Assembly (NCBI GenBank): GCA_045651985.1
Contig: JAZRTK010000026.1
Coordinates: 102,705 to 166,704 of the forward strand
Reading direction: 5' to 3'
From: Eubacteriales bacterium
Lineage (GTDB): Bacteria; Bacillota; Clostridia; Oscillospirales; CAG-272
Length of the DNA: 64,000 nt
The notes beneath the pieces were generated by a model. The model worked only from the letters and a program-made list of their open reading frames with translations, did not search any database and had not been told where the DNA came from. Position numbers and translations under genes: made by a program. Numbering within the stretch: position 1 is the stretch's first letter; the number at the start of each line of letters is the position of its first letter. Positions 28,254 to 37,236 of this stretch are shown here, in pieces.

Positions 28254-30053
28254 ATGAGAGGCATGGGCGCAGAAAAGGGCGAGATCAAAAAGGACGTCCT
28301 TTTGCGAATGTTTAAGTACACCTTTGAGCACAAGCTCCTGCTCATGCTTGCAATAGTAATTATGGTCGCTTCGAACCTGCTGGCACTTTGGGGACCCGCC
28401 CTTTCAGGCGAGGCGATAAACGCTATAGGGGACAAGCCCGAGGCGGTCGACATGAAAAGCGTTATCTATTACAGCGCGCTGATGCTTGGAGCTTTTGCTC
28501 TGTCGGCGGTGCTGGGATATATAAACTCTATCGTTATGGTCAATCTCAGCCAAAAGATCACGTACACCATGCGCCGACAGATTTTCGACCGTCTTATGGT
28601 ACTGCCCGTTGAATATTTTGACAGGACCGCAACGGGTAACATAATAAGCCATATTTCCTATGACGTAGATACGGTCAACGCGTCTCTGTCAAACGACATT
28701 CTGCAGATCGGTGCGGGCGCAATTACGGTCATCGGCTCGCTTGTAATGATGCTGAGGATATCTCCCGTAATGGTGTCGGTATTTCTCTTGACCATTCCCA
28801 TTTCCGTTATCTTTACCAGATATAAGACCAAGGCGATCCAGCCTTATTTCAGAGCCAGATCGGGTAAGATCGGCGAGCTGAACGGGTACGCGGAGGAGAT
28901 GCTGTCGGGTCAGAAGACTATTCGCTCATATAACCGAGAGGACGTTATCGTCTCCCGCTTTGATAAAAAGAATGAGATCACGGTTGACGCGTACTACGCC
29001 GCCGAATACCACGGCAGCGTTATCGGCCCTACTATCAACTTCATAAACAACCTGTCCCTGTCGCTTATTTCCATGCTTGGCGGTCTGCTTTATCTCTACA
29101 CGCTGACCCACACGGAAGATCCTATTCCTTATCTGGTGATCTCCCTTGGAAACGTGTCTACCTTTATTATGTATTCGAGAAAATTCTCGGGACCTATAAA
29201 CGAGGTGGCAAATATCATGAGCGAGCTGCAATCGGCTTGCGCGGCGGCGGAGCGAGTTTTCAGACTTCTTGACACCGAGCCCGAGCCTGCGGACGCACCC
29301 GATGCTGTGGAGCTTAAAGACGTGCGCGGCGAGGTGGCGCTTGAGAACGTAAAATTCGGCTACACGCCTGAAAAGACCATTATTCACGACCTGTCATTTT
29401 GCGCAAAGCCCGGCAACCTTATCGCTATCGTCGGTCCTACCGGCGCGGGAAAGACCACCATTATCAATCTGCTCATGCGATTTTACGACATAAACGGCGG
29501 TAAGATAAAGCTGGATGGGTACGAGCTGCGGCAGATAAGTCGTGACAGCCTGCGCCGCGCATATACTATGGTCCTTCAGGAGACCTGGCTCTTCCACGGT
29601 ACGATTTTCGATAATATCGCCTACGGTAAGGAAAACGCCACGATGGACGAGGTGATAGCTGCTGCAAAAGCGGCAAATATTCATAATTATATTATGAAGC
29701 TTCCCGACGAATACAACACTGTTCTGTCTGACGACGGCGTGAACATCTCAAAGGGTCAGAAGCAGCTTATAACCATTGCCCGCGCAATGCTGGCGGACGC
29801 TCCCATGCTCATTCTGGACGAGGCTACCTCAAACGTAGACTCCCGCACCGAGCGACGAATACAGGACGCCATGTATAGGCTCATGGAGGGTAGAACCTGC
29901 TTTGTTATTGCCCACCGACTGTCGACCGTCAGGAACGCCGACCACATTCTGGTACTGCGAGACGGTGAGGTCATCGAGCAGGGAAACCACGACGAGCTCA
30001 TGTCCATGCAGGGCGGATTCTACCGTTCACTTTACTGCTCACAGTTTGACTGA
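28254..30053 (+). CDS. ABC exporter, fused permease/ATPase (heterodimer half 2)
   Basis: GPTGAGKTT, ISKGQKQL and LILDEATSNVD. The ATG at 28254 lies just after the upstream stop. Confidence 0.9.
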   Translation: MRGMGAEKGEIKKDVLLRMFKYTFEHKLLLMLAIVIMVASNLLALWGPALSGEAINAIGDKPEAVDMKSVIYYSALMLGAFALSAVLGYINSIVMVNLSQKITYTMRRQIFDRLMVLPVEYFDRTATGNIISHISYDVDTVNASLSNDILQIGAGAITVIGSLVMMLRISPVMVSVFLLTIPISVIFTRYKTKAIQPYFRARSGKIGELNGYAEEMLSGQKTIRSYNREDVIVSRFDKKNEITVDAYYAAEYHGSVIGPTINFINNLSLSLISMLGGLLYLYTLTHTEDPIPYLVISLGNVSTFIMYSRKFSGPINEVANIMSELQSACAAAERVFRLLDTEPEPADAPDAVELKDVRGEVALENVKFGYTPEKTIIHDLSFCAKPGNLIAIVGPTGAGKTTIINLLMRFYDINGGKIKLDGYELRQISRDSLRRAYTMVLQETWLFHGTIFDNIAYGKENATMDEVIAAAKAANIHNYIMKLPDEYNTVLSDDGVNISKGQKQLITIARAMLADAPMLILDEATSNVDSRTERRIQDAMYRLMEGRTCFVIAHRLSTVRNADHILVLRDGEVIEQGNHDELMSMQGGFYRSLYCSQFD

Positions 30054-30060
30054 GGGAATG

Positions 30061-30177
30061 CGGGGTGATTTTAAAAAGCACCCCCGAAAACTTTCAAAAA
30101 GAGGACTTGTCACAGACATATCACTCTCACAAAAACGACGGTTAAACACCGTCGTTTTTTCTATGTGGTTTGGCGGG
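30061..30177 (-). repeat. intergenic repeat family copy F (terminator core plus GGGG/CCCC palindrome arm, inverted orientation)
   Basis: GGGGTGATTTTAAAAAGCACCCCCGAAAACTTTCAAAAAGAGG, about 25 nt of spacer, AAAAACGACGGTtaaaCACCGTCGTTTTTT, then ctatGTGGTTTGGCGGG. Confidence 0.7.
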
Positions 30178-30219
30178 AAAATTCCACACTTGACTTTTTT
30201 TCAAAAAATCGTTAAAATA

Positions 30220-30430
30220 TATTCGGTCTGAACGGTATCCCCCGCGCGGGGGATTTAAAAAGGAATCGGGTGTGAATCCCGAGCGAGCCCGTCACCGTGT
30301 AGTCCGTCCGAGAGTCGGAAAAACCGCCGCAGCCGTGCCGCAACACGGAAAAACCATTGGCGATAGCTGAGAAGGTGCGACGGTTGGACGAAGCCGGGAG
30401 ACTTGCCGTGCTGCGTTGCCATGCCTCGAT
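30220..30430 (+). promoter_or_regulatory. cobalamin (B12) riboswitch
   Basis: Promoter TTGACT (30190-30195), 17-nt spacer, TAAAAT (30213-30218). Conserved core AAAAGGAATCGGGTGTGAATCCCGAGCGAGCCCGTCACCGTGTAG. B12-box AGCCGGGAGACTTGCC. Confidence 0.85.
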
Positions 30431-30505
30431 GTCAGGCGTCCGAAACGGAGGCTTCGCGCAGCCAAAAAATATGGGCAAAAAGCCCGAAAAGAAAGGAAAA
30501 ATGCT

Positions 30506-30925
30506 ATGAAAAACAAGAAAATTTTATTTGGTTTGTTTTCTCTTGCAGCAGTGCTTGCCATGGTTGCGGTCATGTGCTTTTCACTCGCTTCATGCAAAAA
30601 CAACGAATCCGAAGTTCCCGAAAACGAGGGCGGTGCGGCTGAGATCGAGGTCACGGTCATTCACGGTGACGGAGAAACAAAGGTCTTCAGGATCGCGACC
30701 ACCGAGGGCGCAACGCTTCGATCCGCACTTGAATCTATCGATCTTGTGCAGGGCGACGAGTCCGAGTTCGGTCTTTACGTCAAGGTCGTTGACGGCGAGC
30801 GTGCCGACTACGATGCGGACGGCGCATATTGGGGATTTTATCAGGACGGCGAGTACATGATGGAAGGCATTGACACAGCCAAGGTCAAGGACGGAGATTC
30901 CTTTGAGATCAAGTACTCAAAGTAA
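30506..30925 (+). CDS. DUF4430-like lipoprotein (putative extracellular cobalamin-binding protein)
   Basis: Lipobox LASC. It is the first gene behind the B12 riboswitch. The small beta-rich domain ends in DGDSFEIKY, as in DUF4430. Confidence 0.65.
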   Translation: MKNKKILFGLFSLAAVLAMVAVMCFSLASCKNNESEVPENEGGAAEIEVTVIHGDGETKVFRIATTEGATLRSALESIDLVQGDESEFGLYVKVVDGERADYDADGAYWGFYQDGEYMMEGIDTAKVKDGDSFEIKYSK

Positions 30926-30947
30926 ACTTCCGCTTTCCGTTCGGGAA

Positions 30948-31457
30948 ATGACGGTCTTTGCCATGCTGGGCGCTTTGATGTTCGTTTCAAAGCTTGTTAT
31001 GGAGTGGGCGCCCAATATCCACTTTCTGGGCATGCTGACCATGACCTATACCATAGTTTACAGGTGGAAGGCGCTTATTCCCATCTACGTTTACGTATTT
31101 CTAAACGGAGCCTACGCGGGCTTTAATATCTGGTGGGTGCCGTACCTTTACCTGTGGACTGTTTTGTGGGGGGTGACTATGCTCCTGCCGAGAAGAATGC
31201 CTGCTTGGCTTTGCATGGTGGTATATCCCGCCCTCTGCGGACTTCACGGCTTTTTCTTTGGCATACTTTATGCCCCCGCCGAGGCGCTCTTTTACGGCTT
31301 TGATCTCCAAACGACGCTTCTGTGGATATCAAAGGGCATATACTTTGACGTTCTCCACGGGCTTGGCAATATTGCGGCAGGACTTTTGATCCTTCCCATG
31401 AGCCAATTGATGATAAAGCTTGAAAAAAGGTCAGCAAAAGGCTATCAAAAAACTTGA
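30948..31457 (+). CDS. small polytopic membrane protein, ECF-transporter S-component-like (CbrT-like candidate)
   Basis: About 170 aa with 5-6 TM helices, second gene of the riboswitch-controlled pair. The start is uncertain: ATG at 30948 or TTG at 30870. Confidence 0.55.
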   Translation: MTVFAMLGALMFVSKLVMEWAPNIHFLGMLTMTYTIVYRWKALIPIYVYVFLNGAYAGFNIWWVPYLYLWTVLWGVTMLLPRRMPAWLCMVVYPALCGLHGFFFGILYAPAEALFYGFDLQTTLLWISKGIYFDVLHGLGNIAAGLLILPMSQLMIKLEKRSAKGYQKT

Positions 31458-31595
31458 CCCATTGCAAAAACTCGCTTTTTTAGTGGAATTTTCTTTTTTT
31501 GCGACAAAATTCAAAAATATCTTTAATTTGCTTGAATAAAGCAAAAAAGCGTGATATAATTTTATCATAGGAACAAAAAATCGGAGGTGCCGGAA

Positions 31596-32153
31596 ATGAC
31601 CGATTGGGAAGAGCTTTTTAAAACCTGCTCAAATTGCGAAAAATGTGAGCTTTCACAGACCCGTACCAACTGCGTTTTCGGTACGGGCAGCAAAGACGCC
31701 GACGTGCTTTTCGTGGGCGAAGCGCCGGGCGAGAAGGAGGATCTGAGCGGTGTGCCGTTCGTGGGAGCCGCGGGAAAACTTCTTGACAAATATTTATTTG
31801 CGGTAGGGATAGACCGTGAGCGTGTGTATATTGCGAATATCCTCAAATGCCGACCTCCCAAAAACCGCGACCCCCGACCCGAGGAGGAAGAAGCCTGCAT
31901 CGGCTATCTGCGCGAGCAGGTAAGGCTTCTTGACCCCAAGGTGATCATCTGCCTTGGCAGGATTTCTGCCATGAAGCTCATAAAGCCCGATTTTAAGATA
32001 ACTTTGGAACACGGAAAATGGTTCAAAAAGGGGAATTACCTTATGACCGCCGTGTACCACCCTGCCGCTCTGCTTCGGGATCCCCGCAAAAAGGAGGACA
32101 TGATGGCAGACATGGAAAAGATCAAGGAAAAGCTGGAGGAGCTGTCGGTCTGA
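31596..32153 (+). CDS. uracil-DNA glycosylase, family 4
   Basis: CxxC cluster CSNCEKCEL, plus GEAPGEKED and PFVGAAGKLLD. The ATG lies 8 nt after GGAGG. Confidence 0.85.
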   Translation: MTDWEELFKTCSNCEKCELSQTRTNCVFGTGSKDADVLFVGEAPGEKEDLSGVPFVGAAGKLLDKYLFAVGIDRERVYIANILKCRPPKNRDPRPEEEEACIGYLREQVRLLDPKVIICLGRISAMKLIKPDFKITLEHGKWFKKGNYLMTAVYHPAALLRDPRKKEDMMADMEKIKEKLEELSV

Positions 32154-32212
32154 CGACAGCCGCCCCGCGACAACCGAGCCGACGATCGGCAAAACGGAGA
32201 TTTAAAGAAAAA

Positions 32213-33178
32213 ATGACGACAGAATCCTTTCTTTCGCTTATCAGAATACTTATAGTGTTGTTTCTGATGCTCATGGTGGGCTTTTTTGCCCGAAAAAGGG
32301 GCATCATTGACACGGCGGCGTCCAAAAAGCTGTCCGCCCTCGTCGTGAATATCGGACAGCCCGCCATGATAATGAACCCCCTTTTCAAGGTCGACTTTGA
32401 AAAGCGTGCCGCCATGGAGGGGCTGACCATGTTCCTTATTGGCATCGGGGTGCATCTTTTCTGCTGTGTTTTCGCCTTTTTTGCGGTGAAGATCTTCAAG
32501 GATCCCGACGAGCGCAAGATATCCGAGTACTCTATTATTTTTGCCAACGCGGGCTTTATCGGATTTCCCATTCTCGCCTCGGTATTTGGGGACATCGGAA
32601 CGTTTTGGGGTTGTTTTTACATCGTTGCCTTCCACCTGTTCGTGTGGACGTGGGGTATGATAATCCTTGCGCGCGGACGCGAGGATATTAAGATGACTGT
32701 CAAAAAGGCGCTCATCAACCTTGGTACCGTCCCTTGCGCTATCGGAGTGGCGGTATATCTGCTGACGGCGATTGTTGAGATCCCCGCGGGTGTGCGCGGA
32801 GTGGTGGTTGACTGCACGGGCTACTTTACAAATCTGTGTACCCCCATTTCGGTTCTTATTGTGGGTTCGCTTCTGGCAACTCGCTCGTTCCGACAGATAT
32901 TTCTCGACAAAAAAGTGTATTTCACCTGCCTTTGCCGATTGATACTTATTCCCGTATGCATCTGCCTTATAGCAAAGGTAATAGGACTTCCCGATAGCAT
33001 GGTTCTCTTTGCGGCGCTGATCTCGGCACTGCCATCGGCGACAAACGTCACAATGTTTGCCGAGCTTTACGAGATCGTGCCCGGGTATGCCGCTCAAGCG
33101 GTGGGCGTTTCCTCGCTGTTTACTTTCATAACCTTGCCCTGCGTAATGCTTTTTGCGGATTTTGTGGTCAGATTGTGA
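32213..33178 (+). CDS. AEC (auxin efflux carrier) family transporter
   Basis: 321-aa polytopic protein with NAGFIGFPI and PSATNVTMFAE motifs. Confidence 0.8.
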   Translation: MTTESFLSLIRILIVLFLMLMVGFFARKRGIIDTAASKKLSALVVNIGQPAMIMNPLFKVDFEKRAAMEGLTMFLIGIGVHLFCCVFAFFAVKIFKDPDERKISEYSIIFANAGFIGFPILASVFGDIGTFWGCFYIVAFHLFVWTWGMIILARGREDIKMTVKKALINLGTVPCAIGVAVYLLTAIVEIPAGVRGVVVDCTGYFTNLCTPISVLIVGSLLATRSFRQIFLDKKVYFTCLCRLILIPVCICLIAKVIGLPDSMVLFAALISALPSATNVTMFAELYEIVPGYAAQAVGVSSLFTFITLPCVMLFADFVVRL

Positions 33179-33332
33179 CCGGTCCCCTTAAAAAGGTGGC
33201 CGGACCCACCAAACTAAATATAGAAAAACGATGGCTGAACGCCATCGTTTTTTTGTTTGTCAGCTCAATCTGTCTGTGGCAAATCCTTTTTAAAGTTTTC
33301 GGGGTGCAGGGGTGCTTTTCCAAAAGCACCCC
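33179..33332 (+). repeat. intergenic repeat family copy A (full composite: left arm, terminator core, right arm with perfect palindrome)
   Basis: GGTCCCCTTAAAAAGGTGGCCGGACCCACCAAAC, then AAAAACGATGGCtgaacGCCATCGTTTTTTT, then CCTTTTTAAAGTTTTCGGGGTGCA, then GGGGTGCTTTT-cc-AAAAGCACCCC. Confidence 0.75.
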
Positions 33333-33350
33333 GCATCTCCCTCTTTCCTT

Positions 33351-34166
33351 TTACTGACAGCCGCAGCGCTTTTCCCGCTCGGACTGACAGACGGGCGCAG
33401 TGCCGCCGCAGCCAAATTCGCCTACGGGGAACTGCATGCTTCTGAAGATGTTGCAGGGGTTCTTTTCGTCGGGCTCAAGACATTCCTTGTCGGGGACGCA
33501 GTACTCGGTAGCGCTCACCAGATACTGGCAGGGGCGCACGATGCGGACCACCGAGAAGATTCCCACAGATGCAAGAAGAACTCTTTCGCCGTCGTGACGG
33601 CAGAGGGAGCCGCCAAGACGTGCCTGAACGTGGTCGGGCACCTCATCGGCACAGCAGCAGCACGTTATCTGGCAAGTGCAATCCCGTTCGCGGACGATGT
33701 CGATGTCGAGTATAACGGGATCGACAGCTTCAAGCACGGCGGTGGGCAGGCTCTTCTGCCCGTAGTTCTTTTGGCACTCGCAGCCGTTCTTTTCGTCGCT
33801 TCGGTAGGTACTGACGGAGCTTTCGCCGCCAAAGAGAATAACTCTCTTTTCAACAACGGCAACGCCGTCGAACTCCTGCTCACGACCTCCCACGCAAGCC
33901 TCAAATTTCATGCAGATATAAAAACGGATATTTACGGTGTAAAATCCGCGGTTGAACTGCACGGGGTCAACGTTTATATACGTCCAGCCTATCTCGGCGC
34001 TCTTTACACGGATATTTCCCGTATGTTCTATTATCTCCTGCCCGAAATCGGTCAGATGAACCTTGACGTTTTCGTAGCAGTCTCTGTCACGGCAGGAATC
34101 AAGGACTCGGTTCGTCTCAATGCAAACCAGATCCCGTCTGTCGGAGCAAAACTTGTTTTCCGCCAT
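33351..34166 (-). CDS. Cys-rich hypothetical protein (271 aa, no signal peptide)
   Basis: Strong RBS AAGGAGAAAAATT upstream of the ATG at 34166. More than 20 Cys, including CTCQITCCCC and C-terminal CGGTAPVCQSEREKRCGCQ. Confidence 0.65.
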   Translation of the reverse strand: MAENKFCSDRRDLVCIETNRVLDSCRDRDCYENVKVHLTDFGQEIIEHTGNIRVKSAEIGWTYINVDPVQFNRGFYTVNIRFYICMKFEACVGGREQEFDGVAVVEKRVILFGGESSVSTYRSDEKNGCECQKNYGQKSLPTAVLEAVDPVILDIDIVRERDCTCQITCCCCADEVPDHVQARLGGSLCRHDGERVLLASVGIFSVVRIVRPCQYLVSATEYCVPDKECLEPDEKNPCNIFRSMQFPVGEFGCGGTAPVCQSEREKRCGCQ

Positions 34167-34333
34167 AATTTTTCTCCTTTTCTTATTACGGCTTTTGCCG
34201 CTCACTACATTTTATGCCCTTTTTTTGTATCTTGACATTTTTTTGCAAGAGAATAAAAAAAGGAATGAGGGCAAATAATATGACAAAAGCGTTTGCCGTA
34301 AAAGCGGACAAACGAAAGAAAGGAAATAACATC

Positions 34334-35605
34334 ATGAAAAAGATCATAAAGATTGCAGTATCTGTGCTTCTCGTGTCGGCGCTTCTGGTTGCACTCGTGT
34401 CATGCGGAGGCGACGGAGAGGTGACAGACGGCGACGGAGTTATCGGCGATGAAGACAAAGAAACGAGACTTACCGTATGGTGCGCCGAGAATCTGGTGGA
34501 GCTGACGAAAAAACAGCTTGCCGATTACAATGAAGAAAATAATGCCAACGTAAAATTCACCGTCAATCCCGTGGGAGAGGGTGATGCGGCCACAAACCTG
34601 CTCACCGACGTGACCGCAGGCGCGGACGTGTACTGCTTTGCCCAGGACCAGCTTGCAAGGCTGGTCCAGGCGGGTGCTCTTTCGCCCGTGTCCGACGCGC
34701 TCCGTGATAAGGTCATGTCGGAGCACGACGAGGGTGCCGTAGCCGCTGCTCAGGTGTCGGGAAAGCTTTATGCTTTCCCTCTCACTTCGGACAACGGTTA
34801 CTTTATGTATTACGACAAGCGCGTCATCACAGACCCCTCGGCGCTGACCGACCAGACAAAGCTTATTGAGACGGTGTCGGCGGCGGGCAAGACTATTGCA
34901 TTTGAGCTCCTTGGCTCTCATTGGTACGGATCCTCTTATTTTCTCGGCGCGGGAGCAGAATCCATGTGGGAGACGAACGAGGGCGGTGCTTTTACTTCAT
35001 ATAACGACACCTTCGGCTCGGACAAAGGCATAATTGCCGCCAAAGGCATGGCGGAGCTTGTGGCAAGCCCCGTTTTCGTTGACTCCTCCTCCGCATCCTC
35101 TTTTACAAGCGGAGCGGCGGTGGTCGTGGCGGGAACATGGGAATACGAGACCGCAAAGCAGATCCTCGGTGAAAATCTGGGCTGTGCGCCCCTGTGGAGC
35201 TATACGGTTGACGGCGAAAGCTACCACCTCGGCTCATTTTCGGGCAACAAGCTTGTGGGAGTAAAGCCCCAGAGCGATTCGAAGCGCGCGGCGCTTTGTC
35301 AGTCGGTGGCTTACTTCCTCTCTGACGAAGACCGTCAGGAGGAAAGATTTGAAGAACTTGGCTGGGGACCCTCAAACCGCGAGGTGCAGATGTCGGACGA
35401 GGCTATGGCAAACGAAGCTTTGACTGCTCTTGCGGCGCAGAACAAGCACGCAACGCCCCAGGGACAGTTCCCCAACGCTTGGTGGGATACGGGTAAAGCG
35501 ATCAGCGCGTCGTTAAAACAGTTGGGCAAGACTATGCCGACCACCGAGGACGTGCGTCCCATCCTTGACACTTACACAAAGGGTCTTGAGGAGATAATTA
35601 AGTAA
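34334..35605 (+). CDS. sugar ABC transporter substrate-binding lipoprotein (MalE-like)
   Basis: Lipobox LVSCGG. It is the first gene of the SBP, MalF-like, MalG-like and ATPase operon. Confidence 0.85.
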   Translation: MKKIIKIAVSVLLVSALLVALVSCGGDGEVTDGDGVIGDEDKETRLTVWCAENLVELTKKQLADYNEENNANVKFTVNPVGEGDAATNLLTDVTAGADVYCFAQDQLARLVQAGALSPVSDALRDKVMSEHDEGAVAAAQVSGKLYAFPLTSDNGYFMYYDKRVITDPSALTDQTKLIETVSAAGKTIAFELLGSHWYGSSYFLGAGAESMWETNEGGAFTSYNDTFGSDKGIIAAKGMAELVASPVFVDSSSASSFTSGAAVVVAGTWEYETAKQILGENLGCAPLWSYTVDGESYHLGSFSGNKLVGVKPQSDSKRAALCQSVAYFLSDEDRQEERFEELGWGPSNREVQMSDEAMANEALTALAAQNKHATPQGQFPNAWWDTGKAISASLKQLGKTMPTTEDVRPILDTYTKGLEEIIK

Positions 35606-35620
35606 CAAGATCAAATGCTG

Positions 35621-35656
35621 ATCCGTAGGGGCGATTTACGAATCGTTCCTACGGAT
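35621..35656 (+). other. intercistronic stem-loop between the SBP and permease genes
   Basis: ATCCGTAGG (35621-35629) and CCTACGGAT (35648-35656) form a perfect 9-bp stem, with an inner CGATT/AATCG hairpin and no trailing T-run. Confidence 0.6.
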
Positions 35657-35689
35657 TGCCCCAACATCAAAAGGAAAGGATAGATCAAA

Positions 35690-37234
35690 ATGAAAAGCAA
35701 AGGTACATCAGATTCGCTTGAATATTTAAAATACGGCGCGAGTCGTCGATTCCTTCATAAATTTTATCTTTTCCTGCGGGCAGTCCCACGGGGATTTTTG
35801 GAATTCTTCTTGGCAATTTGGGAATTTTTGAAAGGTATCGCGCTTTATTTTGTCCGAGAGACCCGCGACGTTATCGACACGTACAAAAACGGCGACAAGA
35901 TAACACGCGCATCCTTTTTCGTCATGGGATTTTCCTCGTTTGCGAGAGGTCAGGTCCTGCGTGGAATACTTTTTCTGTCTTTTCAGCTGATCTTTATTTT
36001 TTACACTGCCGTCTGGGGATGGCGGTGGATAGTAAAGCTGTCTTTTCGGGGTCTTGAAGCCACGAAGGTCGTGCCGGGAAATCCCATAATTATCGGCGGA
36101 GTGGAGTACACCGAGAGCGTCACCGTTTACGGAGACAACAATCTGCAAATAATGATATACGGTGTTCTTTCTTTGCTATTTGTCCTTTGCTTTTTGTACA
36201 CGTGGCGTGTCAACGTCCGTCAAAGTAAGCTGTCACAGGAGCTTTTGGCACAGGGCAAACCCCTCAAACGCGCAAAAGACGACCTGCACGCCGCCCTTGA
36301 CAGTCAGTTTCACAAGACCGTTCTTGCTTTGCCTGCTCTGGGTATACTTTTTTTCACGGTCGTTCCGATTATTATCATGGTCATGGTGGCGTTCACCAAC
36401 TACGACGCAAGTCACACCCCCCCATTAAATCTTTTTCATTGGGTGGGGCTTGACAATTTCAATCAGATATTCACCTGGACGGGGGCGGGTTCAAAGGCGT
36501 TTTCCGCCACATTCGGCGAGATTCTGACCTGGACGCTCATCTGGGCTTTCTTTGCCACGTTTACCAACTATTTTCTGGGCATGCTGGTGGCGATGATGAT
36601 AAACAAAAAGGGAATAAAGCTCAAAAAGGTGTGGAGAACCATTCTTGTTATCACCATTGCCGTCCCTCAATTCATTTCCCTGCTCTACGTTTCAAAGCTC
36701 TTTGCCGACGAGGGGCTTGTCAACCGTTTTCTTCTTGACATGGGCTGGATAGATCGGGCGATACCCTTCTGGACAGACGCGACACTTGCGCGTATAATGG
36801 TAATTTTGGTCAACATCTGGGTGGGAATACCCTATCAGATGCTTATTACCACGGGAGTGCTCATGAATATCCCCTCCGACCTTTACGAGTCGGCGCGAAT
36901 CGACGGCGCAAAGCCTTACCAGCAGTATATAAAGATAACTTTGCCCTATATGCTTTTCGTCACGGGTCCCTACCTGCTCACCAATTTCATCGGGAACATG
37001 AACAATTTCAACGTCATCTACCTGCTTACAGGCGGAGCGCCTTACACTCAGTCCTTTGCGGGCGCAGGTAAGACGGACCTACTCATCACCTGGCTCTACC
37101 GCCTGACCGTCACAAACAATGATTACAAGTTGGCGGCGGTTATCGGAATAATGGTATTTTTGGTGGTGGCGGTGATCTCTCTTGTGGTCTACAATTTCAT
37201 GCCCTCAATCAAAAGCGAGGAGGAATTTCAATAA
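35690..37234 (+). CDS. sugar ABC transporter permease (MalF-like, long N-terminal extension)
   Basis: Polytopic, with the EAA-type loop ESARIDGAKPYQQYIKITLP. Confidence 0.85.
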   Translation: MKSKGTSDSLEYLKYGASRRFLHKFYLFLRAVPRGFLEFFLAIWEFLKGIALYFVRETRDVIDTYKNGDKITRASFFVMGFSSFARGQVLRGILFLSFQLIFIFYTAVWGWRWIVKLSFRGLEATKVVPGNPIIIGGVEYTESVTVYGDNNLQIMIYGVLSLLFVLCFLYTWRVNVRQSKLSQELLAQGKPLKRAKDDLHAALDSQFHKTVLALPALGILFFTVVPIIIMVMVAFTNYDASHTPPLNLFHWVGLDNFNQIFTWTGAGSKAFSATFGEILTWTLIWAFFATFTNYFLGMLVAMMINKKGIKLKKVWRTILVITIAVPQFISLLYVSKLFADEGLVNRFLLDMGWIDRAIPFWTDATLARIMVILVNIWVGIPYQMLITTGVLMNIPSDLYESARIDGAKPYQQYIKITLPYMLFVTGPYLLTNFIGNMNNFNVIYLLTGGAPYTQSFAGAGKTDLLITWLYRLTVTNNDYKLAAVIGIMVFLVVAVISLVVYNFMPSIKSEEEFQ

Positions 37235-37236
37235 AA

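Noticed and set aside
33312-34235. 307-aa plus-strand ORF covering the same DNA as the Cys-rich minus-strand gene
   Set aside because: It has no RBS. It begins inside the repeat/palindrome region and ends inside the neighbouring promoter region. The minus-strand ORF has a strong AAGGAG RBS and coherent motif structure.
34267-34333. Catabolite-responsive element (cre) and a CGTTTG.CCG/CGG.CAAACG hairpin upstream of the sugar ABC operon
   Set aside because: The sequence around TGACAAAAGCGTTTGCC does not fit the WTGNAANCGNWNNCW register. The hairpin alone is not interpretable.
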